Source: Laetmonice hystrix
Taxonomy: Eukaryota
Length of the DNA stretch: 64,000 nucleotides
NCBI GenBank assembly: GCA_965235115.1
Contig: OZ249436.1
Coordinates: 60,512,001-60,576,000 of the forward strand
Reading direction: 5' to 3'
Below, in pieces: positions 37,554 through 51,209 of this stretch. The position numbers and the translations under genes are program-made. Positions within the stretch are counted from its first letter, which is position 1; every line of letters begins with the position of its first letter. The notes below the pieces were generated by a model that was not told the origin of the DNA, ran no database searches, and saw nothing but the letters and a program-made list of their open reading frames with translations.

Positions 37554-40500
37554 TGTCTCTAAAACTCGGATCCGGACCATTGAAGAAGGCTGGGTGGCGG
37601 CCTCGGACCTAGTGGAAGTCCTCTGATAAGAATTTTTCTGCTACAAGTACAAGTAACAATTTCGGTTTGATTTTCTGTCTTTTGGGCCTTTAATGCAGTA
37701 TTGAGAGTAGGATAAAATCTCTGTATAATTCGTGCGACACATAGAGAAAAATATAATTAATGCACCTTTATATATTCCTGGTCCGTAACGCGTAAGTCTT
37801 CTCATTCATGCTGCAGCAACCTGTTTTAAATACGTGTGCCGTTGGTCGTATTGTTATTACACATCATAGATCTGTCAAATAGCACGTCGATTTAAGGCAG
37901 TGAAACACTTGGCAATAGTGAATACACAGGAATTGCCTCTATGACATTGGTTGTATTTGTTGATGAGATTCATAAAGTAAAGCAGTCATAAAGTAGAGTT
38001 AGATGTTTCTCTTTACCCGCAGTCTGATTTCGTTCCGGCAGAGCCACCAGATTGGCCTGATTCATGGTTAGTACTGGGTATGGCAGCAGGAGGTGTGCTC
38101 CAGACAAATTCTTCATTAATCCTGGCCTAAACTTGGGCGGATCATTAACGGTGCGGAATGACAGCTGGAACCTAACACCGGCCTAGGGTTCCCCAAAATA
38201 GCGCAGAAATAATGAAGAGTGCCCTGCTTCAGTTTTAGCTGCCAATCTGATCTGCATGGCCGACTCCGTTGGTGGTCGTAGTTGAACAGAGGGCTGGTCT
38301 GGCAGCAAATCTGTGTCTGCAGGTTCTAACATTACTACTGAAACTTGTATCTGGCACTGTTGCCGGAGTCGAGGCGTGGGTAGGGCCATATGTTGTCAGT
38401 GGTCGGGCACTCATGATTATGGGAATTAACCCCTCCGACTGGCAAAGAGATGTGATCGTATGGGAGTTTACATACAGATGGAAGCTGATCATAAAGGGAG
38501 CATTTTCAAAGAGAGAGGAAGGATTTCCACGAGTTAGCCAATTCAGCATAGTAATACAGTGTGTGAAATGAATAAATAAATAAATAAAACCATATTGAGC
38601 AGGTTGTCCGCCTGTAATTCCCCAAAATGCCTCTGTTATTTTGACCCGTGTATTGTTCATAATTTTGGGTGTTCAAAATTGGAAAAACCGCGGAATTTAA
38701 GGGCACGCAGCAATTTTCAATATTTTACAGTACTAGCAAGCTATCGTTTACTGGCCATATGGTCCCCAAAATTAAAATCCCATCCATGTTTGTAGAAGGA
38801 TATAATGTTGAGTTGCCGTTAAGCTGGATGGCGTCTTGCCATAATTTGACAACACCCGGCGCGCTGCCAATCCGCCTACTGGCAGGGTCGTCGGTCCCAG
38901 CATATCGGGCGCGTCCTCCAATTTCTTGGACCATTACTGGGCATTAGTGCAACGGTTGCAGTCTCTGGCTTATCATAGCACCAGACTTCCGGGAGACGGA
39001 CGTCCCTATCGGAATGAAGGCGGCCATGTTTGGTCCTGGGTCACACAAACTGTGGCGACACTCAGCCGGTTTATGATTCAGGGAGAGACACAAGAACTGG
39101 CGGGCTGTCCCCCTCGACAAGCTGCTGCCAAGACGATTTCCTTTGAAGGTTACTTGACCTCCAGTTAAACAGATTGCCCAAAGGCGGCACCCTAGTGCTG
39201 AGCGTCAACTGAAACAATTACTGTTTGGCATGTTACATACACCAGAAACTACCATACAGCAATGTTGATGGTCATATTTCCATTACATTGAGCTTTATTG
39301 TCTTCCGTCGGAAGTGGAATAATTGCTCTATACATAAAAGTATATGGCCTATGGGGGAAAATGGCTGGCCAGAATGCTTCTAAAACCTCAACCGCACTAT
39401 TAAATGACTGTCCTCTAGCGTTTTCATACCGAAGTTGTGCTTTGAGGGGTTTTCATATATAAAAGGAGCTGGTATAAGATTGATGGTACTCCAGTGCATG
39501 GTAACTGTATTATTGAACCTGGTGAAAATGGGACTTGTAATAGTGACATTAGCATGTGGGCAATTCTACGTCGTCTCAGTTTTCCGATATCGCTCAATTG
39601 CAGAGCAAACATTGTCATGGACAAATTTCTATGAGAGAAATCAATTTTGTTTCTGCTTGCAATTAGCATGATCTGTCGGTAAACATTTACATTGGTATGA
39701 GCTCAGTTTGCCAAGCTATCATGTTACCATAAAAGCTTAGATGAACCATCGCTGTTTAAGTCGTTGTCTCATGTTTTGCTCCTTTTTAAAGCCGTGATTG
39801 AAAATGAAAGAGTACAGGTCAGATTGGGCGTTCTGGCACGTAATGTTTCTCCATTGTTGGTTGATTCGTGTATGTTATTGATTGAGTGGTATTGACTTGG
39901 CGGCATACCCTAGAGGAGGCTGAGTATTGCCCCTCAGTCATCAATACACGTTTAGGTGGCCAAACAGTCTCAGTTTCCAGAATGAAGGAATTAGTCGAAG
40001 TCAATGATGAAAGCTTCGGGTATGAGGGAGTTTATAATTCATTCCTGGATACGTTGACAGGCCTGCGTTGTATCCATCAGGTTTCAAGTGGAGGACGCGA
40101 AGTGAGTGCTTCAGAGCTTTAGGTTTAACCCAATTTCCCTGAAATGTTAGGTACTATTTAGCCTGTTTGATACAGCCATATAACCTGAGTCACTAAAACT
40201 ATAGTAAAAGTTATGCAAATGCTCTTAGTGACCCAGAGTCTAAGCTGCTTGGATAACTCTCATAATGTTCGAGGTGCAGTTATAGTTTCTATCCCGAAAC
40301 ACCTGAACCCGAGCTGGTCTGTTGATGATACCGCACCATGTAGTCCTAGTCCGTGCAGTAATGTTACTGCCGTGGTCATTTTCCTCAAATGCGTAATCGC
40401 AGGTGGAACAACGGCAATTTTTTTCATCACCGTAATTGGTAGGCTACATGGTGACCTTGCTTGTCACGAAGACTTTTTGCTACGCAACTGAAAAAGGTCA

Positions 40501-43500
40501 TCAAGTCGGTTGTAGTGTACAAACTTCAAAAGCTCCTGCAAAAGGTCTATGCATACCAGCATAAGAGGAAAGACATCGAAAATAGCCATGGTGCTTCCCG
40601 AAAAAGAAACGGTAGTATGCCTGAATTTAGTCAATTGCAGAATTTGTTGTGGAGTTCTTAAAGACAACAAAGAGATGTGGATGCCTGTTGCCTCCCCAAG
40701 CGTTCCCTAGTTGGACAGGTGTTAGCGTTGTGTTTCTTACAACGCTTTACCTGAGACTGTCGGCGTGGGCGGTACGGGGCGGCCTGCGGGGATCCAACAG
40801 ATTAGTTCCAGGTAGGTGGCCCAGGTAGGGTGCCTGAGTCAGTACCAAACTATGCTGGCCTGTCTGAAACCGCCTGCCTGATCCTCACACAATGTCCTAG
40901 ATTGGACACACCGGGTTGTTCACGGTACCAGAAAGGTTTCATTAAAAAAAACCCCACCTATTTAGTTACTGTCCCAACATCACGGCTGCCGGGTTTATTT
41001 CGTGGTCGTTACAATGGGCGTTTAGTGCCTGTGGTCCCATTGAACCTCGAGAGGCAGGTCTCTAGTCGAGATTTACATTTGTATGCGAACTCAGTTCGGC
41101 AGTATGTTCCTATTCGTGTTCCCACCGTCTGTGAATACGGAATAACCCCTACACATATACCGTCAGCAGAAACCGTAGATGTAAACAGCAAAACGGAATT
41201 TTGATTATTCTAATTTTCATATCACATGTGATGTCAAAAATCGAATACCGGACTTTGAATGCGATGCATGGCATTATGTGGTGAAGATCTGGTAGTGGAA
41301 ACCTCAGACCAGCAGAGTATAATTAATCGCCGTCCGGTACAATTTTCAGGGCAGTTTGAACGTTGGAGATCTCATTGGAGTTGTTTTAAGTGACAGCCGA
41401 CAGAAAGTCAGTGTTTATTGTTATGACGAGGTTGATGGGGAAACATCCAGGGCACGACTGCAGGACCTGGAGAGGTCCAGTGGTCACGGCAATAGGGTCA
41501 GACGCTGAGGTCGGTATGTGACCTGTTTTGTCCAGGACCCAGTATCACGACAGCGACGCCTCGATAACCTGGTTAGACCAACGAGTATAGAATGAAGAAA
41601 ATTGTTCCAGCTGAAGGATAGCTTAGGATAGTTATTACACCATTTTGGTTACATACCGGTAGTTATTTTGTAATGACGGGCAGGGATAATGTAGGCCACA
41701 CATCTAAACATGGTTGATCCGTGAAAAGTGATTCCCTCATTATACTGTATCATGGGATTTACCACCACGATACACTTACACCCATTATATCTGGGCCCCA
41801 GATATAACGGAGGTCAGGAGACTGATGAATGGCTTTCCCGACCAAGGTGTAGAGGAGCAACTACCAGATATACATGCATCTGTCAGACATGACACATTTA
41901 TCTACGGCTGGGTGGAAAGTGTTGGACCTATCTATTAGATTACCTGGAGAGCGATACTGGTGATCGGACATTCCAGCTTTATATTTTTTTCCGATAATAC
42001 TAAGTGTAGTGAACTGCATGATGCGAAGAAGCTTAAAACACATTTTGTGGATTGATATGTGAGTTTTGAAATGCATAAACATGGAACAGGGAGCGCCACT
42101 TGTAGCCCAATACAATTTACAGTCTTCACAGCGATCATGCAAAAATCTGCTTGAGTGCTTGTATCGAGTATTCACGTTTAAAAAATCTTTTATTCATTGT
42201 AAGACCAGGAGGTTTTTTGTGATGTTATACTTTATTGGATTGGGATTTTGTTCTCCAAAAGCATATAGGGCCTACATGTATGTTGTAATTCACGTGGTAG
42301 CAGCAAAGAAACATGATTTCACACGGCTCTCCCGAACAATATCAGTATACCATTATGCAAATAACGCCCTCTCCACAGACATTCATTGGTATACTTGATT
42401 TCCACTTGCTTGGTAACTTCTGCAGAGTCGATCACGGCGGAAAAAGAACTTGTGGTTCCTTTATAAAATGACCGGAAGTTGAGGTGGGAGGAGACCTGGA
42501 AGATAATTTATGGTGTAGTGAAAGTGAAAATACAGGTCACTGTTTGCCTGACTCGGGTACTGGTTGTATTTTGGGTGCGGATGTACTGGGTGTGTTTTAT
42601 ACGGGATGGAGTATTGCCAAGGTGTGGATCAAAAGGTCGCCGCTGCACGAATGTCGCCACTGTAGGTGCGTGCATGGCTGGAGTTTTCAGCATCGAGAAA
42701 AAGGAAAACGGGTCGCTTTCCTGAATCCAGAGCCACAGGTCAGTGGAGGAATTTGTTGTGGTGGTGAAGTCAACCTTAATTGATTGAGAACATTGACCAT
42801 TAGAGGGGATGCTCCCAGGCCAGGTCAGCCAACAGCTGCTGGCTATCTTGGCCTGCTGGTACAGTAGGCACAGTGACTGGTACTCTGTTTGGTGAGCACC
42901 GGTCCGTCGGATCACCTGCCTCCAGCACCATTCGGCAGATTCTTAATTATTACCCTAAGGAGTGTAGCGCACACATATTGTGGAGTATAATTTACGAAAT
43001 ACAATTACTACCGGCTGAATTGTGTATCTTTGGGCTAAATCGCTAAGACATTCAGTGCATCACATCCTCATCTGTAATCACCAGTTTATATACAATAGAG
43101 GTAAAAGATTGTGTCATTGCTACTGTTATAGTTGGCGACAGTCTTGGTCAGGTTGTACGATTCAAATAACCTAAGAAACATAGACTTCAGCGGCGTGAGC
43201 ATAGAGAAAACGAAGAGGTTTTTTTTACCCATAAATCAAAGTGACATAGAAATGAATAATGATGTATTGACATTAGAAATGAATTAAGTACCTGCCCTCT
43301 CTACTTGGTTCCGGTTCTATATGAGCCGTATTGCCTGTCATGGCTATGAGCTGTAATAGCTCCATGAAACCACCAGAATTGAATTATGGCTGATGATTAT
43401 CTGACGCGGGAGACACTTGGCAACATGATGTTAGTATGATAATATTTGATCGACGCTCATACCGGACATGTCAGGGCGCTGTATCAATTGCCCCGCCAAA

Positions 43501-43992
43501 CATACGCAGACGCACACAAGTAGATGTATTTCCGACGTTGTTATTGAACGTGACATATTTGACGTAACATAGGCCAATCAGTCACGAACCTCCTGACGTC
43601 ACGAACTTGCTATATTTGGTTCAGGTTGGATGGTCTGCGCGGGGGGTAGTTATGTAGTAATTGCTACAGGTGATGTGAGATGATTTGTGTAGGCGAGACG
43701 GGTATCGCTGGAAAGTGCTACCTTTGGATATGAAGATTTATTTTTGGAAGGAGCCTTAATTAGGTGTGCTGTAAGAAGTGTTGTGTATTGCACTGATGAC
43801 GTCTGTGGTCCTACAACAGGATGAATGGACGGATCTGTAATAATGCCTGCAGTGGGGACTGCCTGCTGAGATTGTGAGAGCCTTAGAATCCTGTGTGCGA
43901 TAGTGGATGAAGCCTGGAGCTCTCTGACGGATCAGTTCTGGCCGGTTGTTAGTGGCGGTGATTGAGACCAACATTGTCAGTGGCATTAGAGA

Positions 43993-44071
43993 CCTGGCTA
44001 GCATTGTCCTTGTTATTACAGTCCTGGCTATCATTGTCCTTGGCATTACCACAGTCCTGGCTATCATTGCC
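43993..44071. repeat. 30-33-bp tandem repeat, ~2.5 units
   Basis: CCTGGCTA(G/T)CATTG occurs three times. Confidence 0.85.
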
Positions 44072-46495
44072 TACTCTTTGGCATGAAAATAAACCTCCAA
44101 CGAACCTTGGCCGCGGGGGCGAGGTCCTGGAGATTATTGACTGTGGTAGTGAAATCTCTTGTTTATTAACCTAATGGCATTGGCGCGATAAGGGTAGCCC
44201 TATAGGTGGTGTTGATAACCCCGGTTACTCACCCTGAATAACCCCAACCCCAGCCCGGTCACCCCACCAAGACCTGTATCGTGTTGAATCTATTGACATA
44301 TTTGTACTACAATGCCATTCTGATGTATACAAACAGAATTAACCTTGCTAACTTGTCACCAAGTTTGATGTCGTGGTATTTGGCCTATCTAGCATTGGCA
44401 CAGGATTCGTATATGAGGAAGTAGGGAAGTAAGTAAGCTCATTAATTTTAGGTTAAGATCGGCGGAGATTTAACTTAGATGGCCAGCGCCAGCGAATGAG
44501 TCCGCAGGGGCGACGGGGACAACGCTAGATAGACTGATCTATATCAGGAGCAAAAACTGTATATCCTTTTTACACCATACATTCACCAGGAGAGTATAGG
44601 ATTTGTAGACTTTATGTAATGTATGTGCCCATTCATGACATGACATGAGCACTGCAGCTCCCGTCTCATCATCAACGGTGTGTTGTTTTCTTGGTGATAC
44701 TCCAGGGAGATAAGTTTGGGATGAGATGGACGAAGCCTGAGTTTGGACGTTAATGATATGAACCACCATGATAAGGACCTGTTTCACTGGGTCTCCTGGG
44801 GGTACGAGTCCACTGGGCCAGGCTTGAAGTGGGACCGATACGTCGACAAGATAGCACCGATGGAGACGCATTCTAGGCATTGCTAGCCGGTGATAAGACC
44901 GACCCAGAAGCGGAGGCAGAAGCTGGAGTCTTGGCGGGCTTCTTCCGGCCTGAATTCCTGGACAGTTTTTGCCACAAGGTATTGCTCACCCCTACACCCT
45001 TTCGGACTGGGGCTACTTTGATGTCCGTATCATAGCCGCTGCAGTCAGATAGTTCTTTCGTTCCAGATGTCGGTGGCTCCTGGCTGGTTTCTTTAGTTTA
45101 GGAATAAGGTCGACAGACCTTAGGATAACGTGTAGAGTGGATATAAGTTAGGGTGAAGGGGGGGGGGGGCAGAATCTTGTCATCTGTCCCAGTGCTATAA
45201 CTAGAACCATGGTTATGTAAAGCACGAAGGTGTACAACGGCTGCTAATTTCGTGGAGTCTTCCGAAAGTTGTGATTGAGCCTGAAGTCTGTAGCGGAGTG
45301 TGGCAGCCATGTAACAGAATGTGACCTTGCCCACCTTTGACATGGGCCGGCGGACTGGGGTCAGCATGATGACCAGCTCCGTTCGCGCCACATAGTAAGC
45401 ATGTTTACATGGGACGCTCCGAGGACATGAAGGGACAGACTGGCCTGGAAAATAATACATGGTATCCGGGGGGAGTGCAATCACACGCAGGACGTGCCCC
45501 CACGTCGCCGGGCCAGTGGGATAAAAACGGCCTTGTCGATGAGAAGCCACCGCTCGAAGTGTTTGCATACAGGTCTATGAGATGAGGTCTATACAGGATT
45601 GTACACCCCAGGGAAATGTCGATGTGGGCAGTGTGACCTTCACTCAACATTACGTTCGCCATGGTTTGGATTGGTTGTTTGCATTGGAGAGATTGACATG
45701 GTTTGGACGGAGGGAGATCGCATGTTACGACTGCTGGCCTTGACAATCGCCATCGCCGCACCCATCGGAGAAACTTATCAAGCGGTAGTTGACGCTTGAT
45801 TGACGTCTCTGAGTATGGCATGTAAATAAAGTAAAGTAACTTTTATATGGAATACACTATGGCGTGTATCTGATCGTTATCTGATGGCATGCAACTCATG
45901 GCGTGCAACTGGCATATCTGAGTTGTTTTAAGTAGCGGACAGCAAGCAACCTGCCGCAGTGTTTGACATGGGGTCAGGTTGGCGGCAGGTTGTGGCGGGC
46001 ATGTCTTGACGGTAAACGGCAGAGTACAGACCCTTGCATTTGTCATCTCGTCACAGTGAACCGGGCATGCTTGGAACACGTGTAGAACAATGCCTGCGGC
46101 ATGTAAAGGGCACCTCAATTGTCACGGCGTCTGCGTTTTTTGTCCGTCTTTTCTCCAGGCTTCTACCCCCCCCCCCCCCGACCGCCGCTCGTCTGCGTGC
46201 TTCACCCCCTCATTAACGTACAATTAAAGGTGTCAGAGTGCGGGGTTATAGAAGCCAGAGAATGCGGCGCCGGGGTCCCCAGGGGGGCCAGCACGGCCAT
46301 TCAACTGGGTCCGTCCCGGGGCATCCCGACCCATGGGCCCATGTCAACAAGCGGGACCCCCGACCGCAGTTTTTACCCCGGCTCCGAGCAGGCGACCTGT
46401 GACGAGCAACATAAAACCAGAATAATGGGGTTTTGTTGTTGGCATTGTTACGGGGGAACAAGAGGCCTGTGACCGTCTCTACTGGAACTAACAGG

Positions 46496-46576
46496 TGTAT
46501 TGTGGCTAGCGTTAGGCCGGACAGGGCGGGTCAATGTATTGTGGCTAGCGTTAGGCCGGACAGGGCGGGTCAATGT
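46496..46576. repeat. Perfect 39-bp tandem duplication
   Basis: TGTATTGTGGCTAGCGTTAGGCCGGACAGGGCGGGTCAA occurs twice. Confidence 0.95.
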
Positions 46577-48597
46577 GGGATGACGGTTCCCCATCACTGA
46601 TTTAACACAGCAGGACGTGATGGCCACCACGACTAGAGTTACAGGGTCAGAGAACCTGCTGGAGTGTTCATTAGAACAGACTGATGGAGACAGGGTCAGT
46701 CGAAAGGTTAAACGCTCATATTGAGGAATCGTTAAAGGGTACGTGTAAAAAGTTCCAGCGTCGGTGAAGCTCTCGGCATGGCGTGGCGATGCAATGATGG
46801 CAGTGCCACCTAGGAAGGGACAATGAAACTATATTATTTGGCGTGAACACTAGATGTCGCCCATGTATTCATACACAGCACTGAGAGCAAGGCCATTGAA
46901 AGATCCCACCCAGGAATTTCGGAGGAGGGGGAATTGCTCCTCATGTGAAAAGTACATGCAAGAACGCTCCAAACACGGATTTAATGGAATTGCCATACCA
47001 TTGTTTAGTGTAGGGGTTTTACTGTTCAAGTGTGTAATATCGAATTGGATCATTTGCTTTTAGATATGGTTGGCCCATATTGTAATGAGAGATTATCCAC
47101 CCTTTGTAAGGGTGTAGACCTCTAGGCCTACTGGACGAGGAGAAGGGGATTTAGAGCCGCCTGATGTCTGTCTCCATAGTCTTTAGACTATTTTCAGGAA
47201 TCGACGTGTTCCGGGGCATATGGAGCCTGTTTAGATGCGCCTCTTACAAATTTACTGTTCATTGGTGTGTGTGTGTGGGGGGGGGGGGGGGCGCTCTAGA
47301 GACCAAGAGGGACTAAGGTGTCAAGGTACCTTTAGGGAGGACCATAGTCGATGATCTTCCAACCCCGATCTCCTGTCAGTCGGTTGTCCTCATCGCCAGA
47401 TTCAATTGGCTGTCAGCCGAGCCAGACGGAGTGGCCGAGCGCTCAGATTGCGTATGACAGGGTAGGCCTATAAAGTGACACCTGGTGGAGGAAGAAGAAC
47501 GAAGCTACAGTTGCGCCATCTGGTGGCAAATTGATCGTAACTGCAGGACTGACGGAGGGGAGTCGCTGTAGTATCAGTGACAAGATGACCGAGCTAAAAG
47601 CTTGTACTGGTAATTATTCCCGTACAAGATGAGTAGATGATTGTAACTTTTCAAATTAGTTTTTTTTTCAATGTAGTCAATAACTGGAACAGGTATTTGA
47701 TAAATTAATATTCACTTAGTCTTAGAAGAGGATTTTCTTGGACATTGCCTAAGAGCTGTTTTGTTTATATTGACTGGTTTTAATCATTTCATGCCCTACA
47801 TATTTTGACCTTTACAACAATCGTTTTTCAAAATGCTTTATATATGAGATTCAGAGAGACAAACATTTAGACTCTTGCTCCAGGCTCTTGCGCGGATTGT
47901 TCGGGATTGCAGTAATTTTGTTACAGACCTTGAAGGCATCTGTAACAAAGCCGACATTTCAGTTGAAAATTATTAGTAGAAAAAGTATTAAGTGAGCTGC
48001 TTTGTTAAAAGTGTTTTCAAGTCAAGCGTGTAGTTCTCTTGTACGGCAGGCATTTATTTGATCTCCCTCAGGGGATATGTGTAACACTCCTGGAAGTGAA
48101 GTGTCAATCTTAAGTGTTTCACGGAAAGGACACGAACCTGAAACAATCCAAGAATCACAATGTCAATTTACGTTAGTATTTTATTGGCGAAAATGCAACG
48201 TCGACAGCGTGTGATGTTCAAATGACTTATTCGAGGTCGAGACGAAAGAAATCTTATTAGAAGCCGAGACATAAATAAATTAGTACAATCATATTGTTCA
48301 CTCGAATGTATATCCTTGATAAAATCAGTGTTGTCATGGAGTATTGTGTGCAGTACGGCATTATGTCTTGTGGAATCTACTTAAAGCTGATTTATATGTG
48401 CAGTTATGTTACGTGAGACTGGTTCCCAGATTAAATGGATTAGGGCTCTAACCTGTAGTACCTTCGAGCACGGGTAAAGTTTAGTAGCAGACTTGTATTG
48501 AGAGGGAAAGCTGGCACCGTACTGTTGAAAGATCAATGGTGTACCGTAGCAGCTGTTCTCGAGAGTTGGCTACCTTCAGCTTCTGCTCGGTTATACG

Positions 48598-48712
48598 AGC
48601 CTGTTAGCGGCTCAAGGCAGCCAACAAACAACCTGTTAGTGCTAAGGGGCCACTGCAGCCAACGGCCTGTCAGTACTAAGGTGCCATTGCTGCTAACAGC
48701 CTGTTAGTGCTC
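48598..48712. repeat. Degenerate ~33-bp tandem repeat, ~3.5 units
   Basis: CCTGT(T/C)AG at 48600, 48632, 48666 and 48700, with GC(C/T)AAC near the end of each unit. Confidence 0.75.
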
Positions 48713-51133
48713 TATGTAGTAGAGACGTTTTCATCGGACATCTACATTTTCTTTTAAGATAAAGTCTGTTTGTCTTCTTTTCATCACAAAGTTGTCTTCT
48801 TTTCATCACAAAGTGGCGAGGTTATCGAGATATTATAGGGCTTGTATTACAGGTCGGTTGGACCTATGTTAGCAATCTACACTACGCTTTGTTTTAACAA
48901 TAGAGAATATGTACAATTTGGAAGACGTTCTGTCTACATTTAACAAGAAACGAGTACCTGTCGCCCGTTTGTATTTAAGCTGCACTCGGTATTAGACGCC
49001 CGTGTCTGGGGTCACCAACAATAGTTGGCGCGAGCTGGGAGACAGGGAATGAATGAGTGGTTTGACATGACAGGAACTGCTGCCAGCCATGCCATGCAGT
49101 GTCACTCATTGAACTGGTGTGAACGCCATCGTGCCAAGCGTCAATGCCCATTCAGCATAGGGGTAGAGCTGCTCAGGGTTTCTACATGATGCTACTTTAA
49201 TTAGACAGCTAGGTCGAAGAGTGTACCTTCTAATTACAGAACGTACAGTCAATTTCGTGTTAATGAGTGAGAACGAGACAGAATCACTGTTAGCAGGTGC
49301 ACTGTAGCTGCAGAGATCAGGTTCAGGCATTACAGAGTAGTGTTTGGACTTACGTTTATTAACATTTCTCTTGAGAAAACAGTATAGCCAGTATTGTGCA
49401 GGAATAAAATATTAGAGATACAAGAAAATCTTATCAGTGTCCGAGTGGGCTTCACCTTCCAACCACTCACAACATGCATACACTCTACCCCAGCGAAAGA
49501 CGTTAACATTACCGGAGCTTGAAGTCTACGTCAGAAAATGTGGGGGGGAATCGAGTTCCCAGACCCAATAACGGTAAGGGTCTCTTGGAATAATAATTAT
49601 TAATGTCGTGATGAATGTTCCATGGAACTAATCCTTACCGGCGTCAAAATGTGGCTCCCTGGCGCCAACTGTGATGACAAACAGCTCTTTATTGAAAAAT
49701 TTCTCAGACAAAAATATGTTTACCTGAGCCCGTGAACATAGATCATTACAGATCATACTGTCTCCTCCGCATTCCATGAGATGAACATTACGACAGGTGA
49801 AATCCTAGCGGTAATTAGTCAGAGTTAGGGTAAGCATTGCCACAACAGGGATGAGGCAAGCAACAACGAGCCGGATTAACTTAACCGCCCACGTGCAGGC
49901 ATATAATGATCTATGTGTTATCCTTCCAATTCTAGTAATATTTTGCATGGAATATTACCTTCTTTTAGTATTCTGCAAGGAGCTATTCATGGCCAACCAG
50001 GTGTTTGTACATGCCAGAAACAGGGGAGATTTCTGGTCTTACGTAATCAAAATTACAAATAGGAATTGTAAGACATCGTCGTGTATTTAATTTGCCCCAT
50101 AGTAAAATATATTGCGTTTTGTCAATTTGAAATGAACAACACCAAGGTTTATTTCCATAAATTTCAAAACCAAATTGGTGGAAGTAGACCGGTCAAGGCC
50201 GGAGAAGCAGGACAGCGGAATAATGGTTTTGTGAAGACATTGACAGAACCGCCATGGGGAAGTTGTTGGATTGTGAGGAATGGCTCGATGGTGAGATACA
50301 CTAATGGAATGGAGGTTGGCTGTGCTCTACTGGTCTCCGTTGGGACTGCTCCTCTCACGGCTGAGGTGTTGGGTGGGTTGGGGGGCGGACCTTGTTAGGG
50401 ATGGCGGCGGACGGCTGGGCGCCAGTGACGGAGGGCCAGGGTCGCGGGTTTGGCCTGGCACTGATGGCACCAGCATCACAACACCAGGTCGACATTAAAG
50501 ACTCTTCGACCTCTTAATGTTTTTGGCCGGTGACTCCTGCTCCACACCCCACCACCCGTGACCATCGAAGGCCCCCCTGTAATGATAAGTGTCAGAGGTA
50601 GGAGCTGTGGCCCACACGTTTTCGCTCTGTTTACTGGAGTACCAGTACGGTAACCTACGTATTCTCTCAGAAATACTGTGAGATAAGATTGTTAGGAAAG
50701 AGAAAAGGCAGTGTTGTCGGATTGGCATGGCAGGTAGTGTCCGGAAAGTCATGTATTATTCGGGTTTACGTTATATAAGTTGGGATTAACATGGCGAAAA
50801 TAGTTGATTAAGATTAGGAGTGTATGAATTAATGTCGTACGTGAAATCCTATAATGTTTGAGAGAGGCACAAAGATGGGATATATGTAGTGAATCAGCTT
50901 GGGTGTACCAGTGTATGTTAATGGCTCAGCGTGACCGTTACTGGGTATCAACTGGTATCTAATTCAGTTACATGTGTCAGAACATAACTTTTGCAAATCA
51001 CAAATTTGATAATACTCCGAATGTCAAGTCATTCTACTGAAGAGATATTGCTGGATACATAAACTATCTTAGATCAGATGATTATGTGTATGTTTCGATT
51101 TTTGTAACGTGAATCTTTGTTGTTTGTTTTCAG

Positions 51134-51209
51134 TTTTGGTAAGCGGACAGCAGGATGTGTTCGACGACCGAACGAGTGCCTTATTCTCGAACCATCCGAG
51201 ATGATAGTG
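51134..51209 (+). CDS. RAPGEF2: Coding exon of RAPGEF2/6-like (cNMP domain, second half)
   Basis: tctttgttgtttgttttcag| acceptor and GTG|GTGAGT donor. 76 nt; the first t completes AG|T (Ser) from the previous exon, then FGKRTAGCVRRPNECLILEPSEMIV. Matches the recalled RAPGEF2 SFGKRSAGSFRRGCECIVLEPSEMIV. Confidence 0.93.

Larger units (their letters stand above)
10389..51133 (+). other. 40,745-bp phase-2 GT-AG intron of the RAPGEF gene
   Basis: Bounded by GTAGGT and TTTTCAG. The flanking exons join in frame into continuous family sequence (LPRS|SFGKR). Confidence 0.85.

Noticed and set aside
39982-40080. ATG-initiated 33-codon segment (MKELVEVNDESFGYEG...) ending at CAG|GTTTCA
   Set aside because: The donor is poor, there are no promoter features and no homology is recognised. 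The C-box-like ATGATGA within it has no matching D box or terminal stem.
16234-43358. Shared 16-mer GGCTATGAGCTGTAAT at ~16234 and ~43342
   Set aside because: A single 16-nt match in 64 kb is expected by chance at order-one frequency.
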